Shown here in pieces: positions 1 through 11,099 of a stretch of DNA of 64,000 nt. Source of the DNA: an uncultured Gammaproteobacteria bacterium (GTDB taxonomy: Bacteria; Pseudomonadota; Gammaproteobacteria; CAWCPV01); the NCBI GenBank assembly GCA_963797555.1, contig CAWCPV010000013.1, positions 53,262 through 117,261 of the forward strand, in the 5' to 3' direction. The notes below the pieces were generated by a model. The model searched no databases, was not told the origin of the DNA, and worked only from the letters and a program-made list of their open reading frames with translations. Both the position numbers and the translations under genes were made by a program. Position 1 is the stretch's first letter, and every line of letters starts with the position of its first letter.

Positions 1-220
1 CATGAAACTGGCGCAAGGTCCGCGTCTGCGCCTGGCTCGCGGCGGCTGCGGTTCCCGGCGGCGGCGGAGGCGGGTTCGGCACGGCAAAGGTCAAGGCGCG
101 GTTGCGCGTCAGTTGCAGCGGGTTGAACTGGAACACCACCACCAGCGGCGGCAGGCTCAGCCCAAACTCCACGAACGCGCCGCGGAGGATTTTCGGTTTG
201 TTGGGGAAGCCGTCAGACAT
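1..220 (-). CDS. eCIS tube-initiator/Afp7-like protein, N-terminal part (runs off window)
   Basis: Not in ORF track. Manual translation from ATG at 220 gives MSDGFPNKPKILRGAFVEFGLSLPPLVVVFQFNPLQLTR; the FQFNP motif is typical of CIS tube-initiator proteins; same strand as the eCIS operon. Confidence 0.7.
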   Translation of the reverse strand, partial: MSDGFPNKPKILRGAFVEFGLSLPPLVVVFQFNPLQLTRNRALTFAVPNPPPPPPGTAAAASQAQTRTLRQFH

Positions 221-252
221 ATCTCACATCCCACGCATCGGAATGGCCGTTG

Positions 253-687
253 TCACTTGACTATCTCGCTCACAGAGCGGAAATGTAGCCTATTGGACTC
301 GTGGTGTCCGGTTATGACGCCATATGTGACAGTGTTCTCATCGGGCTCAATCTCTAGAATAGCACCAATGTCGATTGCGGTTTGCCGGTCGCTGCCGCAC
401 TTACTCAGATCCCATGTTCCGTCGTTCAGATCGAAGTGTTGCAGGTAAGCCTCTCCTGGTTGAATCAAGATTAAATCCGGTATGTTGACAGTCCACCTTT
501 TAGGCATCCTTTTTATGGAGCACCGCTTTCCGTTCTGCGGCGATACCTGAAAGTAAACGGAATAGTAACCAAAGGAGTAGCTTGGACTCCATATCGAGAC
601 AACCGATTGTGATCGGTTAGCGATTGCCAGGTTGAACACCTTCTCGATATAAGTGAGATTAAGATCCATAGGAAGCATTTGCGTCAC
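253..687 (-). CDS. hypothetical protein, candidate immunity/partner of the upstream DUF4157 protein
   Basis: 144-aa ORF whose GTG start overlaps the TGA stop of 684..2324; visibly AT-richer than neighbours. Confidence 0.6.
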   Translation of the reverse strand: MTQMLPMDLNLTYIEKVFNLAIANRSQSVVSIWSPSYSFGYYSVYFQVSPQNGKRCSIKRMPKRWTVNIPDLILIQPGEAYLQHFDLNDGTWDLSKCGSDRQTAIDIGAILEIEPDENTVTYGVITGHHESNRLHFRSVSEIVK

Positions 688-2324
688 CAGTTAATCGTGA
701 TGGTGTCGGTACCACCGATTTGTCGATTCTCGTTACAGACGTCAACCACAGAAATCCTGAATCGCATTTGTCCCGTATCCGCGGCAAACATATGTGGATC
801 GTCATGGCCTTCAAACGTCGCGCCGGAAGCTTGAGCCAGATTGCCCGCCGCATTCACGTATCGATTTCCAGCCACCCCTCCTCCGAATCCCGTCCTATGG
901 CCGTATCGCTGGGCATTCGCAGCATCTCTATCTTCGATAAAGGTATCCACCGGTTGCGCCGCCGGGAAGCCGGCATGCGGCACTGGATTCCCCGGGGGGG
1001 TCGCCGCGAAGCTGGCTGCCATAGCGGCATCCCACGAGATTTCCTGGCGCACCTCACAACAGGACGCGAAAATCCCGTTATCGGGATCGTGGTCGAACGT
1101 CGCCGCGAGGGCGAAAGGCACATGCCTTCCCGCTCCCGCTGGGGCGGTTACTACACCGTGGGGCGTGTAAGTGGGGCCTGTTCTGACCCTTCCCCTTCGC
1201 ACTAAGCTCGCCAGTGTTTTGGATTCAGCAGACAACCCTTCCGCCCTCAATTCCCGAAACAACGGGGCCGCCGTGTCAGGCCCGAGTTTGCCATTCTGCG
1301 CTAGGTTGTTCGCGGCCTGCCACCTTGCCACCGCGTTCACGAAATCCTCATCAATCACCGCCGGATCCTTGCCAATTCCCAGGACGTCTCGCAGAGTCCC
1401 GATAAGCGCAGCATCCGCAGCGCCAATTTTTATCGTATTGTACTGGATGGCCGCCTGCACCTGGGCGGCGGTCAGAGATCCCGCATCGGCCGTTGGATTA
1501 GGCGGTTCAATAGCGAAGTCCGCCTGGATGGATGGAACGCTGGTTTGCCTCTCGGAGTCGTCCCCGTCCTCCGGCGTTCTGACCGACTCCCGGTCGCGTT
1601 CCTTGTTGTCATCGGTCTCATCCGCCAACTTGCGCTGCAACCCGCCGCCCTGCTGTAGCACGTGCGTCAACTCGTGAGCCAGCAGTTCCCGACCGGAGTG
1701 ACTATCCGGATTATATTCTCCCTGGCGGAAAAAGATACCCTGTCCCCTGGTAAAGGCGCGCGCATTGAGAGTACGATTGAGGTCGTCGGCGGAGGCTCCA
1801 GTATGCACACGGACACCGCTGAAGTCGTAGCCGAAGCGAGGTTCAAAAAAGGCGCGAGTCGCTCCGGGCAGCGGCTGGCCGCTTCCAATGGACTGAATTC
1901 GGCTCTCTACTTCCGGAGACACAGCAGCGGCGTGGTCAGTTGCCGCCCGTCTCTGAATAACGTTTACTCCCCATTGCTGCCCCGGTGCCGCCCGTCGTTG
2001 CAGGGAAGGTTCCGGCATCCGCATCACCAGCCCGGCCACGCGGTCCGCTTCTTGTTCGAAGGAATCACCGGCGGATCCAATCGTCAGTTTGGCCTGTACG
2101 TGGCGTGGCGGGCAGTTCCGGCGTCCACCCATGCTGCAGCCGTTGCGGTCGTGCGTCTCCTGGCCCGGCCCGCAGCAGGCAGTCGCGGTCTGCAGATAGC
2201 TGTTACCTAGACCGCGTTGGAGAGACTGTATGGCGTCGGATGTTTGACTGGGCGCTGGCTCAGCGCAGTGCTTCACACTTGGCGCCACGTCCAGGGCAAC
2301 TTCTTTGCTTCGAGATGCAAACAT
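684..2324 (-). CDS. DUF4157 (eCIS core domain) protein with peptidoglycan-binding-like domain and unknown C-terminal domain; candidate effector
   Basis: QAKLTIG..DSFEQEADRVA, FFEPRFGYDFSGVRVH, ARAFT and LLAHELTHVLQQ (HExxH) motifs; AVARWQAANNLAQNGKLGPDT resembles PG_binding_1. Confidence 0.85.
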   Translation of the reverse strand: MFASRSKEVALDVAPSVKHCAEPAPSQTSDAIQSLQRGLGNSYLQTATACCGPGQETHDRNGCSMGGRRNCPPRHVQAKLTIGSAGDSFEQEADRVAGLVMRMPEPSLQRRAAPGQQWGVNVIQRRAATDHAAAVSPEVESRIQSIGSGQPLPGATRAFFEPRFGYDFSGVRVHTGASADDLNRTLNARAFTRGQGIFFRQGEYNPDSHSGRELLAHELTHVLQQGGGLQRKLADETDDNKERDRESVRTPEDGDDSERQTSVPSIQADFAIEPPNPTADAGSLTAAQVQAAIQYNTIKIGAADAALIGTLRDVLGIGKDPAVIDEDFVNAVARWQAANNLAQNGKLGPDTAAPLFRELRAEGLSAESKTLASLVRRGRVRTGPTYTPHGVVTAPAGAGRHVPFALAATFDHDPDNGIFASCCEVRQEISWDAAMAASFAATPPGNPVPHAGFPAAQPVDTFIEDRDAANAQRYGHRTGFGGGVAGNRYVNAAGNLAQASGATFEGHDDPHMFAADTGQMRFRISVVDVCNENRQIGGTDTITINW

Positions 2325-2352
2325 AGCTTTTTCCCCTTACCTTAACTTAAAC

Positions 2353-4554
2353 TTACTGCTTGAGCCCGCTGATAGAGTGCCGCTCCTTCCATAGCTTGCC
2401 GATCTTTTCGAACTCCTGCCGCGCCCCACGCAGAATATGCTCCATTTCAATCAGACCGCCGTCTCGCGCAGCCGAAAAGGCCGAGTTCAGAACGATATTC
2501 TTGATGTTTCCCCCCGCCACCTGAAGATCCCGCGCAAGAATCCGGCAATCAACCTCCGACGATACCGGCGCTTCCGCCGGGAAATGCGTCTGCCAAATCC
2601 GCAAGCGATTGGCCTCATTAGGAAACGGAAACTCGACGATGAAGCGAATGCGGCGCGCGAATGCTTCGTCCATGTTCTCCCTGAGATTCGTCGCCAGAAT
2701 CACCATGCCTTCGTACTCCTCCATCTTCTGCAGCAGGTAACTGGTCTCGATGTTGGCGTAGCGGTCGTGCGCGTCGCTCACTTCGGTCCGCTTGCCGAAT
2801 AGGGCGTCTGCCTCGTCGAAGAAGAGGATGGCGTTACTGGTTTCGGCTTCGGCGAAAATGCGGGAGAGGTTCTTCTCGGTCTCGCCAATATATTTGCTGA
2901 CTACGCTCGACAGATCGACCTTGTACAGATCCAGTTCCAGTTCGCGGGCCAGAACCTCGGCCGCCATGGTTTTACCGGTGCCCGAGGGCCCGGTGAATAG
3001 CACGCTCAAGCCCTTCCCATGGCCCAGCTTCTTCCCAAAGCCCCAGGTTCCGAAGACGCGGTATTGATGCCGGACCTGGCTGCAGATCTCGCGCAAGTGG
3101 GCCAACTTGTCCTCGGGCAGCACGATGTCGTCCCACCCGTAATGCGGCTCGATCTTGACCGCGAGTTCGCGGAGCTTGTGATTAGACTGCGCCCGACAAG
3201 CGGCGGCGAGATCGGAGGCCGATAAGGCGCGCGGCTTCGATACAGTAAGGCAGACATTTTGCGCCAGTTCGACCGCCGCCCGAATCTGCGCGGGCGTCAA
3301 CCGGAATTGTGCCGCCAGTTGGGCGGCCCAAGCCGCCGCCTCGGCCGTTTGGCCAGCCAGGCAGCGCTCCCACGCGACCGCGCGCGCGGGAACATCGGGC
3401 AGCGGCAGCTCCACCGAGTGAAAAAGGCAGTCCGTAAACGCCTGTTTGGGAGTCCATGGCGTCGCGGCGCTCAGAAAAACCAGCCAGCCGAATTCCGAGA
3501 TGGCCGCTTGCAGGGCTTTGAGCAGCGGACGCGCGGCGTCCCGCAAGAGTACCTCGGCATTTTCCAGGTAAAGAAAGGCCTGCTGCAGCAGCGCTTCTCG
3601 AAATGCCAGGCGCAGGAGATCCTCCGCTTCCGATCCCCGGGCGAGCAATAGTTCCGCGTCTAGGCTCAACAAAAAGCTGTGGAGCCGCCGACAGATGTGC
3701 AGCGCGAGTTCGCGCTTGCCGACACCCTGCGGGCCGTGCAGATGAAGGACCAGCTTGCGCTTGTCCCTGTTCTCCGGAGCCAGGTGGCGGCCAACCAGGT
3801 TCTCCACGCCGGCAACGATGAAGGAGTCCATCGGCGGCTGGTCCGCATGACCGCTGGGTTGCTGGAACTGGGCGTGTCCCGCCAGCCGGGCATCGATCTG
3901 GCTGCCGCCCAACAAAAACTGGCAGATCCGGGTGTCCAATGCGAGTAGCTGAGCAAGACCGCTGGATCCGGACGGGCTGTTAGAATCATTTACCTTCCGG
4001 AGCAGACCGGAGCGCAATAGGGGTGCCGAGTCGCAGAGAAGCCTTCGGGCCTCCCACTGTTGAGCCTCCGAACCGCACAGCAGCTCCAGCACCAAATCCA
4101 CGCTGGGCCGCTTGCGCGTGAGGTCGTCCTGTAAATAGGCGTACAGCCGGTCATACTTGCGTCGCAGTTCGGGGGCGAGACAAATGACGACCACCTCCCG
4201 TTCAAAAGCCGACAGGCCAAACAGATGGCCCAGTTGAGCCAGCGCGGGGAACATACCCTCCTTCAGGCTATGGGCAACCCGGCCGTCGATCTCCGCCCTC
4301 AACCGCTCCAGTCCGGCACGCATTTCCAGGACTTCGGCATCGCCGGCTTTGGGCGTCCCGCCCTCATCGAGCAGCCACTCGACCTCCGCCGGTGTGATGT
4401 AAACTGTCCGCGAAGCCTGCGCCTCGGGCACGGCCTGGTTCTGCAAGGCCAATGTCCTGGTCCTTAGCCGGATCAGCAGATCGAGCCAGCGCAACTCGTC
4501 TTCCAGATGCTCGTAGTTGTTACCGTAAGGACGCATTTCCGATCCCGGGCTCAT
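2353..4554 (-). CDS. eCIS AAA+ ATPase (Afp15/Pvc15-like)
   Basis: Walker A GPSGTGKT, VVSKYIGETEKNL, Walker B LFFDEAD, SDAHDRYAN; degenerate first AAA domain (GPQGVGK). Confidence 0.92.
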   Translation of the reverse strand: MSPGSEMRPYGNNYEHLEDELRWLDLLIRLRTRTLALQNQAVPEAQASRTVYITPAEVEWLLDEGGTPKAGDAEVLEMRAGLERLRAEIDGRVAHSLKEGMFPALAQLGHLFGLSAFEREVVVICLAPELRRKYDRLYAYLQDDLTRKRPSVDLVLELLCGSEAQQWEARRLLCDSAPLLRSGLLRKVNDSNSPSGSSGLAQLLALDTRICQFLLGGSQIDARLAGHAQFQQPSGHADQPPMDSFIVAGVENLVGRHLAPENRDKRKLVLHLHGPQGVGKRELALHICRRLHSFLLSLDAELLLARGSEAEDLLRLAFREALLQQAFLYLENAEVLLRDAARPLLKALQAAISEFGWLVFLSAATPWTPKQAFTDCLFHSVELPLPDVPARAVAWERCLAGQTAEAAAWAAQLAAQFRLTPAQIRAAVELAQNVCLTVSKPRALSASDLAAACRAQSNHKLRELAVKIEPHYGWDDIVLPEDKLAHLREICSQVRHQYRVFGTWGFGKKLGHGKGLSVLFTGPSGTGKTMAAEVLARELELDLYKVDLSSVVSKYIGETEKNLSRIFAEAETSNAILFFDEADALFGKRTEVSDAHDRYANIETSYLLQKMEEYEGMVILATNLRENMDEAFARRIRFIVEFPFPNEANRLRIWQTHFPAEAPVSSEVDCRILARDLQVAGGNIKNIVLNSAFSAARDGGLIEMEHILRGARQEFEKIGKLWKERHSISGLKQ

Positions 4555-5390
4555 GGCATCACCTCGAACAGAAACGTCCTGCGAAACAGGCGCGAGACAT
4601 CCACACGAATGTCATAAAAGCCTGGCAACGTGCCCGCCGGAATCGTGGCATTGAAGGTATCGCCAGCCAGGGCCTGCTGGTCGAGCACTGTCTGGTCGCC
4701 CACCAAGACAGTAACCTTCCATCCGGCCAGATTCTCGCCCGTGAAAGTGACCGCGGTGCCGGCAGGCCCGCTGGCGGGTGTCATGTCCAGCACGGCCGGC
4801 GGGCTGAAGGGCGCCCGCACGCCGGGAACGCCGATGGTCCGCACCCGCTTTGGCAGCGGCATCTCTCCCGCCGGCGACATGTCCAGTTGCACGGTCAAGA
4901 CTTGATAGCGGACCGACAGGCGAAAAGGCTGTGCGAAGGTGCTCCAAAGACGGCTGAGTTCTTCCGGGTCCAAGGCGTTGTATACAATTCTGAATTCCTC
5001 CCTGGCGGTTTTCAGGTCGGTTTCCAGATACTGCTGTGGGATGACGGAATTCTCGTAGAACACGCGCATGGCCTCACCGAGGATCTCGTGCGCCGTCGAG
5101 TTGCCGGTCTGCGGATCGTTGCGCGCGTATGGCGTCACCAGGTAGTACAGGTTGAGCGACAAGGGCGCGGGCGCCAGCTGATTCGAATTCCCCGGTTTCA
5201 ACGACCAATCCTGGTTTTTCAGGAAGGTGTTTTCCTCGATCTTGTAGAGAAACAGATTGATTCGTTGATCGCCGCCGGCCTCGTCGGGCGCCAGAATCGT
5301 CACCGGCACCGCCGGGTTCAACTGCATTTCTCCCACCAAGAGATTGCGCAGCGATGTGCTGACCAAGCCCAAGGCAGTGGACACGCTCAC
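4551..5390 (-). CDS. Pvc16/Afp16-like (DUF4255) protein with C-terminal IPT/TIG-like domain
   Basis: INLFLYKIEEN, PLSLNLYYLVT and LSRLWSTF motifs; GTG at 5390 overlaps the upstream TGA (GTGA); C-terminal PASGPAGTAVTFTGENL. Confidence 0.85.
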   Translation of the reverse strand: MSVSTALGLVSTSLRNLLVGEMQLNPAVPVTILAPDEAGGDQRINLFLYKIEENTFLKNQDWSLKPGNSNQLAPAPLSLNLYYLVTPYARNDPQTGNSTAHEILGEAMRVFYENSVIPQQYLETDLKTAREEFRIVYNALDPEELSRLWSTFAQPFRLSVRYQVLTVQLDMSPAGEMPLPKRVRTIGVPGVRAPFSPPAVLDMTPASGPAGTAVTFTGENLAGWKVTVLVGDQTVLDQQALAGDTFNATIPAGTLPGFYDIRVDVSRLFRRTFLFEVMP

Positions 5391-6682
5391 CGCCGGATCC
5401 TCACGCTCAAGTGAGTTAGATGCCTGCGCTCCCAGAAGGCGATGGAAGTGGCCATGACGGCGTGGGCGGAATCCTGCTTGACCACAATCACGGAAGCTTG
5501 TGTCGACGGCGCGGCGGGCGCATGGTTGGAAGGGAAGTCCGCCGAACCTTGCTGGCGGGGCTCGGACGACCTGCGCATGCCACTTCCGGAGGTCTGCTCT
5601 GGTCGGCGCACTGTAGGGAAGCTTCGTGCCAACGACGCGGCATTCCGGCCCTGCGGATCGGGCACTTGGTGCCGGCGTGCAGATTGCGCAAGGGTTGGCG
5701 CCGCTGGGCACTTGGGCAGGGGCTCGCCTGAAATGGGTTGTGGATTCTCGGCCGCCGCCAGATGCGGTTCCCGCGCGGCCTGATGCGGTGCCGTGCGACG
5801 CAGTGGCGGGATGGCGACGGTGCTTCCGTCCGGGATCCGTAGGGATGGCGTATCTATCACCTTTGGACACGACTCCTTGGCATTTGCGTGCAAGTCCACA
5901 GGCGCGGCCTCACTCAAGGAGATCCCGCCTCGTGTCGCCGTAAGGCGCTGCCGTTCGTGGAACCCCGGGACACCCGGAATGATCACGTCCTGCTGGGTCA
6001 GCGAAACTCCATCGATCCCCCCGGCTCCGATTGTGTCGGCATCTTTTGCGAAACCTTTGGGGGCATCTAAGTCTCCAAAGGGAGCAGAAAATGGGCGACG
6101 GGCTGTCGCACCCGACGGACCGCCCTCGTCCCGCATCGGCCCCGGCGTGTATTCCTCTTCGCTGCGCACTGCGCCACGGCTCCCGCCGCGGCCGGACGCC
6201 CCGTCGGAAGCCGGAGGTCTAGTCTCCGCCCGCGTCGGCGCCGCAGACGTTGGCAAAATCTCTGGCCCTAGGGACGCTCCGCGCTCATCGGCCTCGCTTC
6301 GGTCTCCTTGCCCCTTCGCCGGAGCCGCGCGCTGGTTCGCTGCGCGCGGGTTGGATGCCCGTTCCCCCTCGTCCGGCATGCCGCGCCCGCGAGGCATCGT
6401 CCCATAAGGCGAAGAGCGCGTTTTTTCTTCCATCATGTAAGCTGGGCCGCGTGGATGGCCCGCCAGGAATTCATCCGAAAAGTCGAATTCACCTGTGAAT
6501 CGCGGGCGGACGTACCCGAAGTCGGCAACCGGAATCGGTTTGAAGAAGTTCATCTCGACATCGCTGGACTCGGGAAGGCCGAGCAGCGCCCGAACACGGC
6601 AGCGGTAGCGAAACGGCCGGGCGCCGTCCGAGAGCACCCCGTACAGATAAGCTTTCGCTGCGCCCTCTGTTTTACTCGCCAT
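5387..6682 (-). CDS. hypothetical Pro/Ala/Arg-rich, probably disordered eCIS protein
   Basis: 431-aa ORF overlapping both neighbours in operon fashion. Confidence 0.65.
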   Translation of the reverse strand: MASKTEGAAKAYLYGVLSDGARPFRYRCRVRALLGLPESSDVEMNFFKPIPVADFGYVRPRFTGEFDFSDEFLAGHPRGPAYMMEEKTRSSPYGTMPRGRGMPDEGERASNPRAANQRAAPAKGQGDRSEADERGASLGPEILPTSAAPTRAETRPPASDGASGRGGSRGAVRSEEEYTPGPMRDEGGPSGATARRPFSAPFGDLDAPKGFAKDADTIGAGGIDGVSLTQQDVIIPGVPGFHERQRLTATRGGISLSEAAPVDLHANAKESCPKVIDTPSLRIPDGSTVAIPPLRRTAPHQAAREPHLAAAENPQPISGEPLPKCPAAPTLAQSARRHQVPDPQGRNAASLARSFPTVRRPEQTSGSGMRRSSEPRQQGSADFPSNHAPAAPSTQASVIVVKQDSAHAVMATSIAFWERRHLTHLSVRIRR

Positions 6683-7568
6683 TATTCAGCCTCTCAATTT
6701 CATCCGCGAGCAGTTCAACGTACATCTGCCGCTTGTTCCGCGGCATCGCCATGATTTCATGCTCGCTCCAATGATAGTGGTAAGCCAAATAATGCACCTG
6801 GCGATACAGCAATTCGCTGTCGGTGCGTAGTTCGCCGAAAAAAAAGTGGTGCACGTCGAACGGCACCACGAAGGCGCGACCGCATTCCGAACAGTTGGTT
6901 TCGATGTTCAACTCGATTTTTGGCGTCACCCGCTCCATCTCAGCTTCGATTTCCGCGCGTGCGAGAGGCGGCAGTGCCGCCACGTGCTCGAAGTCTGGTG
7001 GGGACAGTGGGCCGATACGCTGGATCGTGCGAGCCAGGAGCAGGGTCAAGGACTTTGCTTCGTTTTCTGCGAGCAAGGCCGAAAGCGCCTCTTGGTCGGC
7101 CCCATTGGGCAAGCGGAAGTTGATCTCCCGCCGTGTCACCTCCTCTTCAGCGCAGGCGCGGGGCGAAAGGGTCATGGTGTAGAACGGTGCCCGCTCGACG
7201 GCTTCCTCGACAGGCACGTCGTCGATGCCGAACTTCATGGACACCCGCCGCCCACAGTCGGCCCACGGACAGAAGACATCGGCGCGAACCATGTCACCGA
7301 ACGTGAGCTGGCGCAACTTGAGCAAGAGGTACTGCCGGTCAGCGACCAGGAATTGACGGGCAACATCCTCAGTGACCGGGCTGATGCCTCCCAGGCGCCG
7401 CACACCGCGGCTCAAGACCGCGCTAACCAGAGACGCTGTTTCCCCCCCCCGAGCCTGGACCAGCAGTTCCTCCTCGCGCCCGGTCAGCACGGCCAGCTCA
7501 AACTCGCGGTGCAACGCGCCAGCCGCGTCCCAGTAGCCGCCTGGGAGCATACCTGTCATTTCTACCAT
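6672..7568 (-). CDS. eCIS tail/baseplate assembly chaperone-like protein with C-terminal DUF6760-like segment
   Basis: LPGGY..LTGREEE, DRQYLLLKLR, CPxxxC and CSEC motifs, FRLPNGADQ, VHYLAYHYHWSEHEIMAM. Confidence 0.75.
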   Translation of the reverse strand: MVEMTGMLPGGYWDAAGALHREFELAVLTGREEELLVQARGGETASLVSAVLSRGVRRLGGISPVTEDVARQFLVADRQYLLLKLRQLTFGDMVRADVFCPWADCGRRVSMKFGIDDVPVEEAVERAPFYTMTLSPRACAEEEVTRREINFRLPNGADQEALSALLAENEAKSLTLLLARTIQRIGPLSPPDFEHVAALPPLARAEIEAEMERVTPKIELNIETNCSECGRAFVVPFDVHHFFFGELRTDSELLYRQVHYLAYHYHWSEHEIMAMPRNKRQMYVELLADEIERLNNGE

Positions 7569-7705
7569 GGCTTCTCGTAGCTCCAGTTCCCCGCCAAACT
7601 TTAGGTGGCGTCACTAAATAATCCTGCGACTTAAGTGTAACTGATAGCCATTCTTTGCAAACCATGCGCTCTGGATATCGGCAGAGCCTTTTTGCCACAG
7701 TGACT

Positions 7706-8206
7706 TTAGGACTCCTTGGGTTCGGTCACCGAAGTGTCACGCACCCAGCCCTCGTTCTCCAGCTTTATGGTGGTTATCATCACGCCATTGCCGGACGCGT
7801 CCAGTTGCGGGAGTGCTTGGTATTCCGAAACCCAACAGCGAAACAGGTTGTACGCCAACACCTTTACACCCTGGGTATTGTAAACCTCGATGCTGATATC
7901 CTTGCGAAAGGACGCCAGCGAACTGGCGGCATCGCCCTGGAAGTTATTTACTTTGTTAGCCCACTGCTCGAACGTTGTATCGTGGGTGACGCCGGCTTCG
8001 AGCGTGATGGCGTCATACTTGGTTTTCCCGGGAATCTGGTGCGGGCCGCTGGAGTCGCCACCCTCGTACCACGGCGTCACCTCGGTGGTCCGCTTCAGGG
8101 CGCCGCATTTACTCAGGCCGGCCACGTATTGGCCATCCCACTTGAGCTTGAATTTAAAGCCAAGATAGGGGTCGAATCGGGTGCTATTTACGGTGAATTT
8201 GGGCAT
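7706..8206 (-). CDS. contractile tail tube protein (T4 gp19-like, Afp1/5-like)
   Basis: RFDPYLGFKF, PGKTKYDAITLEAGVT, YNLFRCWVSEYQALPQLDA, LENEGW; AGGAG RBS. Confidence 0.93.
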   Translation of the reverse strand: MPKFTVNSTRFDPYLGFKFKLKWDGQYVAGLSKCGALKRTTEVTPWYEGGDSSGPHQIPGKTKYDAITLEAGVTHDTTFEQWANKVNNFQGDAASSLASFRKDISIEVYNTQGVKVLAYNLFRCWVSEYQALPQLDASGNGVMITTIKLENEGWVRDTSVTEPKES

Positions 8207-8236
8207 GCAAGTTCTCCTTTCCGGTATGAGATGTCA

Positions 8237-10177
<1,941 letters not shown>

Positions 10178-10215
10178 GGTCTTGCTCCTTTCATATGTGT
10201 TCGAGCGCAGTCCGC

Positions 10216-10518
10216 CTAATCGGCGGCTGGGTCAACTTTGGTCTTGCGTCCGCGCGGACGCGAGTCCCCCTCGTCCTGGCGAGCTGGCTCGGCTATTCCG
10301 CCTTCAGTCTCGGTCGGCTTGGCCGCATCGCTCTCTTCTCCAGCGCGCTCGACAGTAATTGCACGTTGGCATAGCAGCTTGTCAATTTTGGGGTTAGCTT
10401 TCAACTCAACATCATGGAACACAGCCGAGATCTCCCCGGGGGATAAGCGCAAATTCGTCCCACTATTCAGGGGTACGAAAATTGGCCTTGGAGTCAAGTT
10501 TCTAATAGCGACGGACAT
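10216..10518 (-). CDS. small hypothetical protein heading the eCIS operon
   Basis: ATG at 10518 preceded by AAAGGAG; about 100 aa. Confidence 0.6.
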   Translation of the reverse strand: MSVAIRNLTPRPIFVPLNSGTNLRLSPGEISAVFHDVELKANPKIDKLLCQRAITVERAGEESDAAKPTETEGGIAEPARQDEGDSRPRGRKTKVDPAAD

Positions 10519-11099
10519 ACTTAATCTCCTTTGTTTGATTGACATCATTCGATTTGGGTTGATTGATTTAGACAAGATTCAACGGGGGTTGTAGTTCAGG
10601 CAAAACACTTTAGACCGGCGGCACCATAGGCGCGTGCTTGGGTAGTTTTGACCACCCGGCATTCGGCCGTTCGGCATGGCCCTGGAGCTTGCCGGAGACT
10701 AGAACCTGTCCCTCTAACTGCTTCAGCCGCTCGAGGGCAGACGGCGGTCGGGCGCAATAGCGAGAGCCAACCGCTCCAGCCCCGCGCGGTCGTGCGCCTG
10801 CACCAGGACGCAGGTGTCCACGAGAAGCCTCCACGACCTTCACACCCCCGCATGTTCGCGGCCACCTCGGGCTCGGCGATCGTTTTCTCCCATGCACAAG
10901 AACCGCCTCGAGCCGGCGGCCGAAGTCGGCGATCGATCCGAACAGAGCAAGTCCGGCAGTGGTCGTAAGCACGATCTTCGGGACTGCGGTTGGTGTGTTT
11001 CCTGGCGAGGTGCGCAAACGCCACCGTGCCTCTTGCCGAGGGGTGGCGCCGCGAGGGGGTCTGGTCGAATTCGAAGGCCGGCGCCGGCTCGGCTGCTGA

